A stretch of 43,450 nucleotides of DNA, taken from assembly GCA_937881755.1 (NCBI GenBank), contig CALGEF010000426.1:1-43450 (forward strand), read 5' to 3'. Below the pieces are notes generated by a model. It ran no database searches and was not told the DNA's origin. It saw nothing but the letters and a program-made list of their open reading frames with translations. The stretch is from an uncultured Acidobacteriota bacterium. Lineage in GTDB: Bacteria; Pseudomonadota; Alphaproteobacteria; Caulobacterales; Hyphomonadaceae. Shown here one piece after another: positions 1-9,019 of this stretch (the first letter of the stretch is position 1; each line of letters starts with the position of its first letter). A program made the position numbers and the translations under genes.

Positions 1-1977
1 GCCCTCCAGTGCCTTGTATTTCCCTGCCCTGTCGCCCCACAAATCCCCATGCATCACCTCGGCCAGCCCATCGCCGCCATCGCGTTTCTTGACCGCGATG
101 ATGATCGACACACCCTGTTGAATATCAAACACGTTCTTGTCGGGGTTGCCGTCTGGCGTGACCTCTTTCTTTTTGGCATTGCCGTGCAAATCCAGCACCC
201 AGATGCGGTCGAATGTATGCAGCAAATGCCAGCGCATCCCCCGGAAGGTCGGATTGTCCAGATAGCCGTGATTGGTGATAAAGCCCAAAACCCCCTCACC
301 ATTCTTTTCGATCAGGTGCGAGGACATGCGGATGAATTTGACATACAGATCATTCAGCCATTTGGGATTGCGCTCTTGCAGCTTTTGCGCCCCGCCCGGC
401 TCTTTCTTGTAATCCTCCATCAGCGTGCCGATCCACCCTTCGGACACGCCCCCCTCGCCCAGATACGGCGGGTTCCCGATCACGCACATGATCGGCATGT
501 CGCGCTTGATGGTGTTGGCCGCGCGCACCTCGTTTGACAGCCATTGGGCGAAGGGCAGGGTTTGATTGGCGGCCTCCCCCTCCTCCAGCGAATTGGTCAG
601 ATAGACCGACAGGCGCGGGGGCGTGCTGGTGGGCCTGTAGCCCAGTTCGGCCAGCATCATATCCAGCTTCATGTGGCACATCGCATAGGACGCCATCAGC
701 AATTCGAACCCATGCAGCCGCGGGATCAAATCCGCCTCGATATAGTGCGACCACATCCCCGGTGCGACGCCCTGGATTTTCGGCGCGATCTGTTTGATCA
801 CCTCGGCCAGAAAGGTGCCGGTGCCCGTCGCCGGATCAAGGATCTGGACGCGGTGCACATCCTTGCGGGTGGTGATGGGCTTGCCCTTGGCATCGGTCTG
901 GCCGCTATCCCAATCGAGCGTGACTTTCGACGTATCGGCCAACCCCATGGGCAGGCCAAATTCGGTCTGCAACACCTCGTCCACCGCGCGGACGATGAAA
1001 TTGACCACCGGCTCGGGCGTGTACCACACGCCGCGCGCCTTGCGCTTGGCGGGGTCGTATTCGCCCAGGAATGTCTCGTAGAAATGCAGGAAGGGGTCGG
1101 CGCGGCCTGTCAGCTTGCCGAACCCCTCCATCAGCGCCTTGACGTCACAGGCTTGGAACACCTTGGCCAGATCATCGACCACCCAGATCAGCCGGTCGTC
1201 CAGATCATCGGCCACATAGCGGAACAGGTCGCGCAGGAACGGGTTGGATTTGGGCAGAAGGCGGCGCGCCTCATCGCGGCTGAAATCTTGCAAGCTGGTG
1301 TCATGCAGGCGGGCGGCGAACATGCCATAGGCGATGGTTTCGGCATACATGCCCGCGAAATCCTCGATCGAGATGTCGTGGATCAGCTGGTTACGAAACG
1401 CCTGATACTGACCCGCCAGATCGGTTTTCTGGTCATTGTCAGCGATCAGCGAGCGGGCGAGGATATCCTTGATCAGCGCGGCCTTGCCCGCCATCAGCCG
1501 GGCCAGAACCTCGGGCCTTGTGATGGTGATGGGGGTCTGCGCCGCAAATTCCCTGAGCGCGGCATCAAGCGCGCCGAATCGGTCGGGGTCGGGGCGAATA
1601 CCCATCAAGACATGTCCGATGCGGATATCGTTCACCAGCCGCGCCTCGCGGTAGAACAGAAACTCCAGCCCGTCGGTGTAGATCAGGTTGGGCAACGCCT
1701 TGAGGTAGCGGTCGCGCTGGTCTTTCTCGCGGGTCTTGAGGTTTCTCAGGTCGACGCCGATGATCTTGGCCTCGGCATTGCCGATCAGCACGTCGCCGCG
1801 ATGAAACGAGAAATCGGGCGCGCCCACATCGGTGCGCCGCTGCGGTTCGTTGATCACGGTCAGGCCCGGATCAACCGCCTTGAACAGCTACTGCAGCGCC
1901 GGCCGATAGGAATGCTCGGTCGCCGCACCCGAGGAATAGGCAGAATTCAACTGCTGGAAATAGGATGAAAAATCCAC
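1..1977 (-). pseudogene. Fused restriction-modification enzyme / N6-adenine DNA methyltransferase (Type IIG/ISP-like single chain), 3' end outside the window, in-frame TAG at codon 30
   Basis: Manual translation from GTG at 1977: (M)DFSSYFQQLNSAYSSGAATEHSYRPALQ*LFKAVDPGLTVINEPQRRTDVGAPDF..NAEAK (PD-(D/E)xK-like), ..FYETFLGEYDPAKRKARGVWYTPEPVV.., ILDPATGTGTFL (motif I), VIGNPPY (motif IV, ~463-474). TAG = plus-strand cta at 1888-1890. The rest of the frame is open to the window edge, which is why the ORF track does not list it. Confidence 0.85.
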
Positions 1978-2102
1978 ACTCGTTACCCGATACAACACAA
2001 GCCACACGGCGAAACGGTCGGCAAAGATCGGCCTGCATGCAAGCAGTTTTCGTCAAGCACGCACGATTGTCAGGCCGGACAGGCCGGAACGGGTGTAGAA
2101 GA

Positions 2103-2130
2103 TGACGACCCCTGAAGGAATCGAACCCTC
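2103..2130 (-). other. Degenerate tRNA 3'-end fragment (T-arm plus acceptor strand); possible att site remnant
   Basis: Minus strand reads GAGGG-TTCGATT-CCTTC-AGGGGTCG-TCA: a T-stem with a TTCGA loop, the 3' acceptor strand and a CCA-like end. No matching 5' half is recognisable. Confidence 0.55.
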
Positions 2131-2353
2131 ATCGCCAACAGTTTACAATCCGACGCATGCGCGCTTCGCCGAAAACCGATCCCTGAGGCTGGCAGGTTTG
2201 CAACGATTGCCAAGCGTGCACAGCGCGCCGGGACCGCGCCCAAAAGGACCCGCCTGCCGGGCGAAATCATCAAGGCGATGCTGTCTGCCAAGCAACGGCT
2301 GGGGGGTGAGCCGCGCGCCAAAAGGAAGATGACCGCGCCGCGCAGGATGATTT

Positions 2354-2373
2354 CGCTAACCGTTAGCGCTAAC
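2354..2373. promoter_or_regulatory. Overlapping palindromes upstream of pckA; LacI-family (CceR-like, GTT-N6-AAC) operator candidate
   Basis: CGCTAAC-C-GTTAGCG (2354-2368) overlaps the perfect palindrome GTTAGCGCTAAC (2362-2373), ~80 bp before the pckA start. Confidence 0.55.
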
Positions 2374-2450
2374 CACCTACACACCTCTTTTACATGGGAT
2401 TTTTTCGGATTATGTCCGCCCTGTCGCCCTGCAGCACCGAGGAGCTTCCC

Positions 2451-4055
2451 GTGACCATCGAGACCGGAAGATTTAACCCCAATTTCACGCTCAGGCATCA
2501 GGGCATAGAGGGCTGCGCGCGCGCCTTTTACAATCTGACCGAGCCGGATCTTATCTCGCACGCGCTGCGCCGCGGTGAGGGCGAGCTTGGCATCGGGGGC
2601 ACGCTGCTGGTCAACACCGGCAAGTTCACCGGCCGCTCGCCAAAGGACAAGCATGTGGTCGTTTCGCCCACAACCGAGGACAACGTGTGGTGGGAGCGCA
2701 ACCGCCGGATGGACCGGGCGTCTTTCGACGTGCTTCACGCCGACATGCTGGCCCATGCCAAGGGCCGCGATCTTTACGTGCAGGATCTCTACGGTGGCGC
2801 CGATCTGGAATACCGGATCAAGGTGCGAATCGTCTCGGAACTCACCTGGCACAACCTTTTCATCCGGCACCTGCTGATCCGGCCGGACCGGGCCGAGCTT
2901 GACAGCTTCGTCGCCGACTTCACGATCATCAACCTGCCCAGCTTCTTTGCCGATCCCGTTCGGCACGGCTGCCGGACGGAAACGGTCATCGCCATCGACT
3001 TCGACCGCAAGCTCCTCCTGATTGCGGGGACCGAATATGCGGGCGAGAACAAGAAGGGTGTGTTCACGATCCTGAACTACCTGCTGCCGGACCGCGACGT
3101 GATGCCGATGCACTGCTCGGCCAACCATGCGCCTGGCGACCCGGTGGACACCGCGATCTTCTTCGGCCTGTCGGGCACCGGCAAGACGACCCTTTCGGCC
3201 GACCCGAACCGCACCCTGATCGGCGATGACGAGCATGGCTGGTGCAGCAGCGGCATCTTCAACTTCGAAGGTGGCTGCTACGCCAAGACCATCCACCTGT
3301 CGCCCGAGACCGAGCCCGAGATCTACGCGGCCACCTACAAGTTTTCGACCGTGATCGAGAACATGGTCTACGACGAACAGACCAAGGAGCTGGACTTTGC
3401 CGACGACCGCCTGACAGTGAACATGCGGTCCGCCTATCCGATGCACTACATTTCGAACGCGTCGCAAAGCGGTCTGGCGGGGCATCCCAAGCACATCGTG
3501 ATGCTGACCTGTGACGCCTTTGGGGTGATGCCGCCCATCGCTCGGCTGACGCCCGCACAGGCGATGTACCATTTCCTGTCGGGCTTCACGTCCAAGGCAG
3601 CAGGGACCGAGCGCGGTGTGACCGAACCCGAGCCCACCTTCTCCACCTGCTTCGGCGCGCCGTTCCTGCCGCGCCGCCCCGAGGTCTATGGCAAGCTTCT
3701 GCGCGACAAGATCGCGACCTATGGCGCGACCTGCTGGCTGGTGAACACCGGCTGGACGGGCGGTGCCCACGGACAGGGGCAGCGGATGCCGATCGCGGCG
3801 ACCCGCGCGTTGCTGACTGCGGCGCTCAACGGCTCGCTGTCGACCCAGACCTTCCGGAAGGATCCGAACTTTGGGTTCGAGGTGCCGGTTACGGTGCCCG
3901 GCGTCGATGCCGCGCTTCTGGACCCGCGGAGCACCTGGGCAGATCCGGTCGCCTACGACCGGGCCGCGCGCAAGCTTGTCGACATGTTCGCGGATAATTT
4001 CGGGCAGTTCCTTCCGCACATCGACTCCGATGTGCGTGAAGTGCTGATCAGCTGA
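2451..4055 (+). CDS. pckA: Phosphoenolpyruvate carboxykinase (ATP)
   Basis: [32 protein letters not shown] (P-loop), [30 protein letters not shown] start at 2451 follows a GGAG RBS. Confidence 0.97.
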   Translation: MTIETGRFNPNFTLRHQGIEGCARAFYNLTEPDLISHALRRGEGELGIGGTLLVNTGKFTGRSPKDKHVVVSPTTEDNVWWERNRRMDRASFDVLHADMLAHAKGRDLYVQDLYGGADLEYRIKVRIVSELTWHNLFIRHLLIRPDRAELDSFVADFTIINLPSFFADPVRHGCRTETVIAIDFDRKLLLIAGTEYAGENKKGVFTILNYLLPDRDVMPMHCSANHAPGDPVDTAIFFGLSGTGKTTLSADPNRTLIGDDEHGWCSSGIFNFEGGCYAKTIHLSPETEPEIYAATYKFSTVIENMVYDEQTKELDFADDRLTVNMRSAYPMHYISNASQSGLAGHPKHIVMLTCDAFGVMPPIARLTPAQAMYHFLSGFTSKAAGTERGVTEPEPTFSTCFGAPFLPRRPEVYGKLLRDKIATYGATCWLVNTGWTGGAHGQGQRMPIAATRALLTAALNGSLSTQTFRKDPNFGFEVPVTVPGVDAALLDPRSTWADPVAYDRAARKLVDMFADNFGQFLPHIDSDVREVLIS

Positions 4056-4059
4056 CGGC

Positions 4060-6168
4060 TTAGCCGCTCAGTGCCGCGATGATGGCCTCGCGCGTGATGG
4101 GAAGCCCCGTCACGCGCACGCCAACCGCCGAGCGCACCGCATTGACGACCGCCGCGGCGGCGGGGCCCTGCGAAATCTCTCCAGCGCCAAGGGGCGCCTC
4201 CTCCGGCCGTTCGATGAGCAGCACCCGCAGGCGCGGGACCTCGCTGAACCGGAGGATCGGATAGTCGGCCCAGCCTTCCGAGGCGACCGAGGCGCCGTTA
4301 AAGTGCACCTGCTCCTTCAGCGTCCAAGAGATCGCCTGTACGATCCCACCCTCGATCTGGTTGCGTGCGCCATCGGGGCTGATTGCTTCGCCGATGTCGG
4401 CGACGCAGACCGCATCCGTCACGCGCACCCCATCTTCGACCGACACCCGGGCAAGGACGGCGCAGTAGCCGCCGATCCCCTTGTAGCGCGCATGGCCAAG
4501 GCCCCATCCGGTGCCTTCGGGAAGCGGCGCCGCGCGGGCCTCCCGCGTCTCGGACTCCAGCCGTTCCAATACGGACCGGGCGCGCGGGTCCTCAAGGTGG
4601 CGCAGTCGGAAGGCAAAGGGCGATTCGCCGCGCTCGGCCGCGATGTCATCCAGAAGCGACTCGATCGCGATCACATTCGTGAATGCGCCAAGGGAGCGGA
4701 GCGAGGATGTGCGGTACGGCAGGTCGTGGACAAGGCGCTTGCGGACGCGGACATTCGGCACGACGTAACCCGGAACGGCGTTGCGGTCGGCGCCACCCCC
4801 GCGGGAAAGCGGCAGATCGGTGGAGCGTGCGGGTCGCATGGGCTGACCGAGATAGGCCGCCGCGCGCAGGTTGGGGGTCCCGTTCGATCCGGGCCGGTTG
4901 GCATGCGGCGCGGAATTCACCGTCACATCCATCGCGCGGAGCTGACCGTCCGGGCCCAGAAGCACCCGGGCCGTTGTTGCCATGCCCGGTCCCATCGGCG
5001 CAGCACGGAATTCGTCCGAGCGCGACCAGACAACCTTTACCGGGCGGCCCGGAACAGCACGGGCCATGAGCACCGCATCAAAGGCCGCATCATCCGCACC
5101 GTTGTGGCCGTAGCAGCCCGAGCCCGGGTGATGGATCGCGCAGATGTCCGCCTCGGCCATGCCGAGCGCCATCGAGATCGCCTTGCGCAGTTGAAACACG
5201 CCCTGGCTGTGGGTCCATAGGGTCACCGCACCGCCGTCCCACTGCGCGACCGCGGCCGCCGGTCCGATGGACCCGTGGAACAGGAAGGGCCGGGTGACCG
5301 TCGTCTCGAACCATTGGCCGTCGTTGCGGTTCGTCTCTCCCGTCTCCGCGACGACGACAGCCTCGGCCTCGGACCGGGCGATCACGTCGATGGGGTCGCC
5401 GACCTCTGGCCGGTCGCCGCCCCATGTGCCGGTCGCGCGCGCCCACTCTGCTGCGCGGGCCGCGGCGCGCGGGGTTTCAGCGATGATGCCAACGAACGAC
5501 CCATCCCGCACAACCGCCACAACGCCCGGCTTGGCGCGGAGTGCGTCGAGGTCGAGGGCCAAAAGGGGCCAATCCATGTGCGGGGGGTGGACCGGGGCAC
5601 CATGGAGCATTCCCGGCAACGTCATGTCGTGCACAAAGGGCGCGCCGACCAGCCGCTCGCGCAGATCGGTGCGCGGGATGTCGCGGAAGCGCCGCCAGCG
5701 CTCGGACGCAGGTCTGAGGGTCGCGATGTCGGCGACAGCCACGCCCAGATCGATCCGCCCCGCCAGATCGGCCAGCGCAAGGCCAGTCGGCGCACCGTCG
5801 CGGAGAATCGCGCCGCTCCCGATATCCAGCGCCTCTACCGGCGCCCCGAGGCGCTCCGCAGCAGCCGCGAGGATCAGGCGGCGCAGCGCCGCAGCCACCC
5901 AGCGCAACGTCTGGCCGCCAAAGCTGATCGACACGCTGCCGGCGGTAAAGCCCTCGTTCGGGGTGCGGTCCGTCCGCGCGGTCTCAAGCGCGATGGCGTC
6001 CGGCTCGACGCCCAACTCGTCGGCAGCCATCTGACGCAGCGCGGTAACGACGCCCTGCCCCAGTTCCGCCCGGCCGGAAAGAAAGGTGATCCCTCCCGCC
6101 GCATCGATCCGTACCCAATCGGAAAGACGCGGCGCATCTGCCAGTGGCGGGGGAACGCGCGGGGCCAT
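4060..6168 (-). CDS. Molybdopterin-binding subunit of a xanthine-oxidase-family hydroxylase (NicB N-terminal / IorB-like)
   Basis: GRAELGQG, TPNEGFTAGS, GCYGHNGADDAA, RTSSLRSLGA, NQIEGGIVQ, PLGAGE. Start taken at ATG 6168, next to the stop of the 2Fe-2S gene. Confidence 0.9.
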   Translation of the reverse strand: MAPRVPPPLADAPRLSDWVRIDAAGGITFLSGRAELGQGVVTALRQMAADELGVEPDAIALETARTDRTPNEGFTAGSVSISFGGQTLRWVAAALRRLILAAAAERLGAPVEALDIGSGAILRDGAPTGLALADLAGRIDLGVAVADIATLRPASERWRRFRDIPRTDLRERLVGAPFVHDMTLPGMLHGAPVHPPHMDWPLLALDLDALRAKPGVVAVVRDGSFVGIIAETPRAAARAAEWARATGTWGGDRPEVGDPIDVIARSEAEAVVVAETGETNRNDGQWFETTVTRPFLFHGSIGPAAAVAQWDGGAVTLWTHSQGVFQLRKAISMALGMAEADICAIHHPGSGCYGHNGADDAAFDAVLMARAVPGRPVKVVWSRSDEFRAAPMGPGMATTARVLLGPDGQLRAMDVTVNSAPHANRPGSNGTPNLRAAAYLGQPMRPARSTDLPLSRGGGADRNAVPGYVVPNVRVRKRLVHDLPYRTSSLRSLGAFTNVIAIESLLDDIAAERGESPFAFRLRHLEDPRARSVLERLESETREARAAPLPEGTGWGLGHARYKGIGGYCAVLARVSVEDGVRVTDAVCVADIGEAISPDGARNQIEGGIVQAISWTLKEQVHFNGASVASEGWADYPILRFSEVPRLRVLLIERPEEAPLGAGEISQGPAAAAVVNAVRSAVGVRVTGLPITREAIIAALSG

Positions 6169-6169
6169 C

Positions 6170-6655
6170 CTACACCCGCCCCGCAATCTGGCGCGCGGCA
6201 TCCTCGACCGCGTCGAGGATGCGGACATGCGTTCCGCATCGGCACAGGTTGGCGTCAAGCGCGCGGGCGATGCGCGCACGGTCGGGCGCCACTTCGGCGT
6301 CCAACAGAGCCTTGGCCGCCATCAAGATGCCGGGCAGGCAGTAGCCGCATTGCCCCGCCTGATGGTCAAGGAACGCCGTGACCAACGGGTGCGGCGGCAC
6401 CCCGTCCAGCCCTTCGGCCGTTTCCACCGCCAGACCGACGGCCGCCGAGACCGGCATGTCGCAGGACATGACAGCGCGTCCGTCCACGATGACGGTGCAG
6501 GCCCCACAGGTGGCTTGCCCACAGCCGAAGCGGGTGGCCCGATGCCCCAGTTCCTCCCGCAGCACGTGAAGCAGCGGCAGGTTCGGGTCGGAACGGACCG
6601 AAACCGCCCGACCGTTGAGCGTGAAGACCATCTGTTCTGCCGGGTTCTCTGCCAT
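6170..6655 (-). CDS. (2Fe-2S)-binding small subunit (NicA/IorA-like)
   Basis: FGCGQATCGACTV..SC and QCGYCLPG..NLCRCGTH, giving two 2Fe-2S cluster motifs. Confidence 0.93.
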   Translation of the reverse strand: MAENPAEQMVFTLNGRAVSVRSDPNLPLLHVLREELGHRATRFGCGQATCGACTVIVDGRAVMSCDMPVSAAVGLAVETAEGLDGVPPHPLVTAFLDHQAGQCGYCLPGILMAAKALLDAEVAPDRARIARALDANLCRCGTHVRILDAVEDAARQIAGRV

Positions 6656-6658
6656 GGT

Positions 6659-7555
6659 TCAGATCACCATGCGGCGCGGGTCCGCGATCAGCGACGCGAA
6701 GCGCGTAAGGAAACGCGCGGCATCCGCACCATTCACAACGCGGTGGTCGTAGGACAGGTCGAGCGGGGTCATCGGAACCGGATCCCAGCCAGTGCCGTTC
6801 CAGACCGGCACCATCTCGGTCCGCGTGAGGCCGAGGATCGCGACCTCGGGCGGGTTCACGATCGGGGTGAAGGCGGTGCCCCCGATCCCGCCGAGGTTCG
6901 AGACCGACATCGAGGCCCCGCCCATTTCCTCGGCCCGGACCTTGCGGGCTTGCGCGCGCGTTGCCAGATCGGCGATCTCCGCCGCGATCTGCCAAAGCCC
7001 CTTTCGGTCGGCGTCGCGGATCACGGGAACAACAAGACCGTGGGGCGTGTCGACTGCAATGCCGACATGGACATAGTCCTTGAGAAACAGCGTGTCGCCG
7101 TCTGCGGACAGCGAGGCGTTGAAGCGCGGGAACTCCCGCAGGCAGCGGGCCAGCGCCTTGATATGGAAGGCCAGCGCCGTGAGCTTCACACCCCGCGCGG
7201 CGGCCTCGTCGCGCAGGCTGTCGCGGAACCGCTCGACCGCCCGCATGTCGGCGCGGTCATGATGCGTGACCTGCGGGATCATCGCGTTGGCGGCACCGAG
7301 GTTGGCCGCCGCGATCCGGGCCATCCGCGACGTCGGCTCGGCGCGCACAGGACCCCAGGCGGCGTGATCGACCTGCCAGTAGGCGTTCGCCTTGGCCGTG
7401 GACGCGCTGCCGCCGGCCAGATGGCGGTCCACGTCCTCGCGCGCGATCGTCGTGCGCCCCGCGGCGTCTGCGACCTGCTGGAGATCGACGCCCTTCTGTC
7501 CAGCATAGGCGCGCACGGCGGGGCTTGCGATCATGTCGGCCATGGGCTTCACCAC
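6659..7555 (-). CDS. 2-oxoacid dehydrogenase E2 acyltransferase: peripheral-subunit-binding-like plus catalytic domain, no lipoyl domain
   Basis: ASPAVRAYA..GVDL..V (PSBD-like), HVGIAVDTPHGLVVPVIRDAD, SVSNLGGIGG..FTPIVNPPEVAILG, LSYDHRVVNGADAARFL. The start could be 7555, 7552 or 7543. Confidence 0.9.
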   Translation of the reverse strand: MVKPMADMIASPAVRAYAGQKGVDLQQVADAAGRTTIAREDVDRHLAGGSASTAKANAYWQVDHAAWGPVRAEPTSRMARIAAANLGAANAMIPQVTHHDRADMRAVERFRDSLRDEAAARGVKLTALAFHIKALARCLREFPRFNASLSADGDTLFLKDYVHVGIAVDTPHGLVVPVIRDADRKGLWQIAAEIADLATRAQARKVRAEEMGGASMSVSNLGGIGGTAFTPIVNPPEVAILGLTRTEMVPVWNGTGWDPVPMTPLDLSYDHRVVNGADAARFLTRFASLIADPRRMVI

Positions 7556-9006
7556 TCCGCCGAGATGTATTGGGTTTCCATGAACTCCAGCATCCCCTCG
7601 TGCCCACCTTCGCGACCGAGCCCCGACTGCTTGGTGCCGCCGAAAGGCGCAGCGGGGTCCGACACGAGCCCGCGGTTGAGCCCGACCATCCCGTAGTCAA
7701 GCCTCTCGCAGACCCGCAGCGCACGCTTCATGTTGTCGGAGAAGACATAGGCGACAAGGCCGTATTCGGTGTCGTTCGCGCGGGCGATCACGTCTTCCTC
7801 GGAGCGGAAGGTCTGGATCGCTGCAACCGGGCCAAAGATTTCGTCGTGGACGCAGTTGGCCGTCGCAGGCACGTTCGACAGCACGGTCGGCGGGTAGAAG
7901 AACCCCTTGCGCGCAGGCACTTCGCCCCCGCATTCGATCCGCGCACCCTTCGCCACCGCGTCGGCGACGAAGGCCGCGACATTATCCCGGGTCTCGGCGT
8001 TGACGAGCGGGCCCACATCCACTGTCGGGTCGGTCCCGTCGCCCAGCTTGAGCGCGGACATGCGCGCGACAAGGCGTCGGGTGAAGTCTTCCGCCACGTC
8101 TTCGTGCACGTAGATGCGGTTTGCGGCGGTGCAGGCCTCGCCAAGGTTGCGCATCTTGGCCAGCATGGTGCCGTTTACAGCGGTGTCCAGGTCGGCATCC
8201 TCGAACACGATACAGGGCGCGTTGCCGCCCAACTCCATCGCGGGCTTCAACACAGTGTCCGCAGCCGAATGCAGAAGCTTGCGCCCTACCTCGGTCGAGC
8301 CGGTAAAGGAGATCACGCGCACGCGCGGATCGCGCAGCATGTGGCCCACCAGCGCGCCGGTCTTGCGCGACGGCAGAACGTTGACCAGCCCTTTGGGCAC
8401 CCCCGCCTCCTCGAGCAGCGGCATGAGCGCGAGCATCGTCAGCGGCGTTTCGGAGGCGGGCTTGATCACCACACCGCAACCCGCCGCAAGTGCGGGGGCG
8501 ATCTTCCGTGTGCCCATGGCGGCGGGATAGTTCCACGGGGTCACAAGCACGGCAAGCCCCGCGGGCTTGTGCTGGACCAAGATCCGCGCACCCGAGGAGG
8601 GGGCGTGCATCAGCAGACCCTCGGCGCGGACGGCCTCTTCGGCAAACCAGCGGAAGAACTCGGCCGCGTAGGCGGCTTCGCCCATTGCGTCGACACGGGC
8701 CTTGCCGTTCTCCAGCGTGATGAGCCGCGCAAAGCTGTCCAGCCGGGCGGTCATCAGTTCCCAAGCCTTCCGCAGCACCTCGGACCGCTCGCGGGGCTTG
8801 CGGGCGGCCCAGAGCTTCATCGCCGCCTCGGCCGCGTCCAGAGCGGCATCGGCTTCCGCGATGTCGGCCGAGGCGACGGTGGCGATCACCTCTTCGGTCG
8901 CGGGGTTGAGAACCGGGAACCGCTCGCCCCCTGTGCCAGCGCGCCACGCGCCATCGATCCACAGATCGGTATGCAGGGCGTCGAAATCGATGTCGATCTT
9001 CGTCAT
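7549..9006 (-). CDS. NAD(P)-dependent succinate-semialdehyde dehydrogenase-like aldehyde dehydrogenase
   Basis: TPWNYP, KPASETP, SFTGSTEVG, MELGGNAP, GEACTAAN (catalytic Cys), EIFGPV, GLGREGG. ATG at 9006 follows a GAGGAAGG RBS. Confidence 0.92.
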   Translation of the reverse strand: MTKIDIDFDALHTDLWIDGAWRAGTGGERFPVLNPATEEVIATVASADIAEADAALDAAEAAMKLWAARKPRERSEVLRKAWELMTARLDSFARLITLENGKARVDAMGEAAYAAEFFRWFAEEAVRAEGLLMHAPSSGARILVQHKPAGLAVLVTPWNYPAAMGTRKIAPALAAGCGVVIKPASETPLTMLALMPLLEEAGVPKGLVNVLPSRKTGALVGHMLRDPRVRVISFTGSTEVGRKLLHSAADTVLKPAMELGGNAPCIVFEDADLDTAVNGTMLAKMRNLGEACTAANRIYVHEDVAEDFTRRLVARMSALKLGDGTDPTVDVGPLVNAETRDNVAAFVADAVAKGARIECGGEVPARKGFFYPPTVLSNVPATANCVHDEIFGPVAAIQTFRSEEDVIARANDTEYGLVAYVFSDNMKRALRVCERLDYGMVGLNRGLVSDPAAPFGGTKQSGLGREGGHEGMLEFMETQYISAEW

Positions 9007-9019
9007 CGGGTTTCCTTCC

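Noticed and set aside
2103-2175. Intact tRNA gene
   Set aside because: Only the T-arm and 3' acceptor strand are recognisable; there is no D-arm, anticodon arm or complementary 5' acceptor strand.
2200-2210. GCAACGATTGC as a sixth LacI operator
   Set aside because: One base is missing from the palindrome centre and it is ~240 bp from the pckA start; too weak.
544-4019. Long ORFs 544-1968 (+) and 2070-4019 (-), and similar overlapping ORFs throughout (e.g. 6086-7696, 7525-9126, 19716-21287, 26783-28480)
   Set aside because: They are antisense shadows of well-supported genes on the opposite strand.
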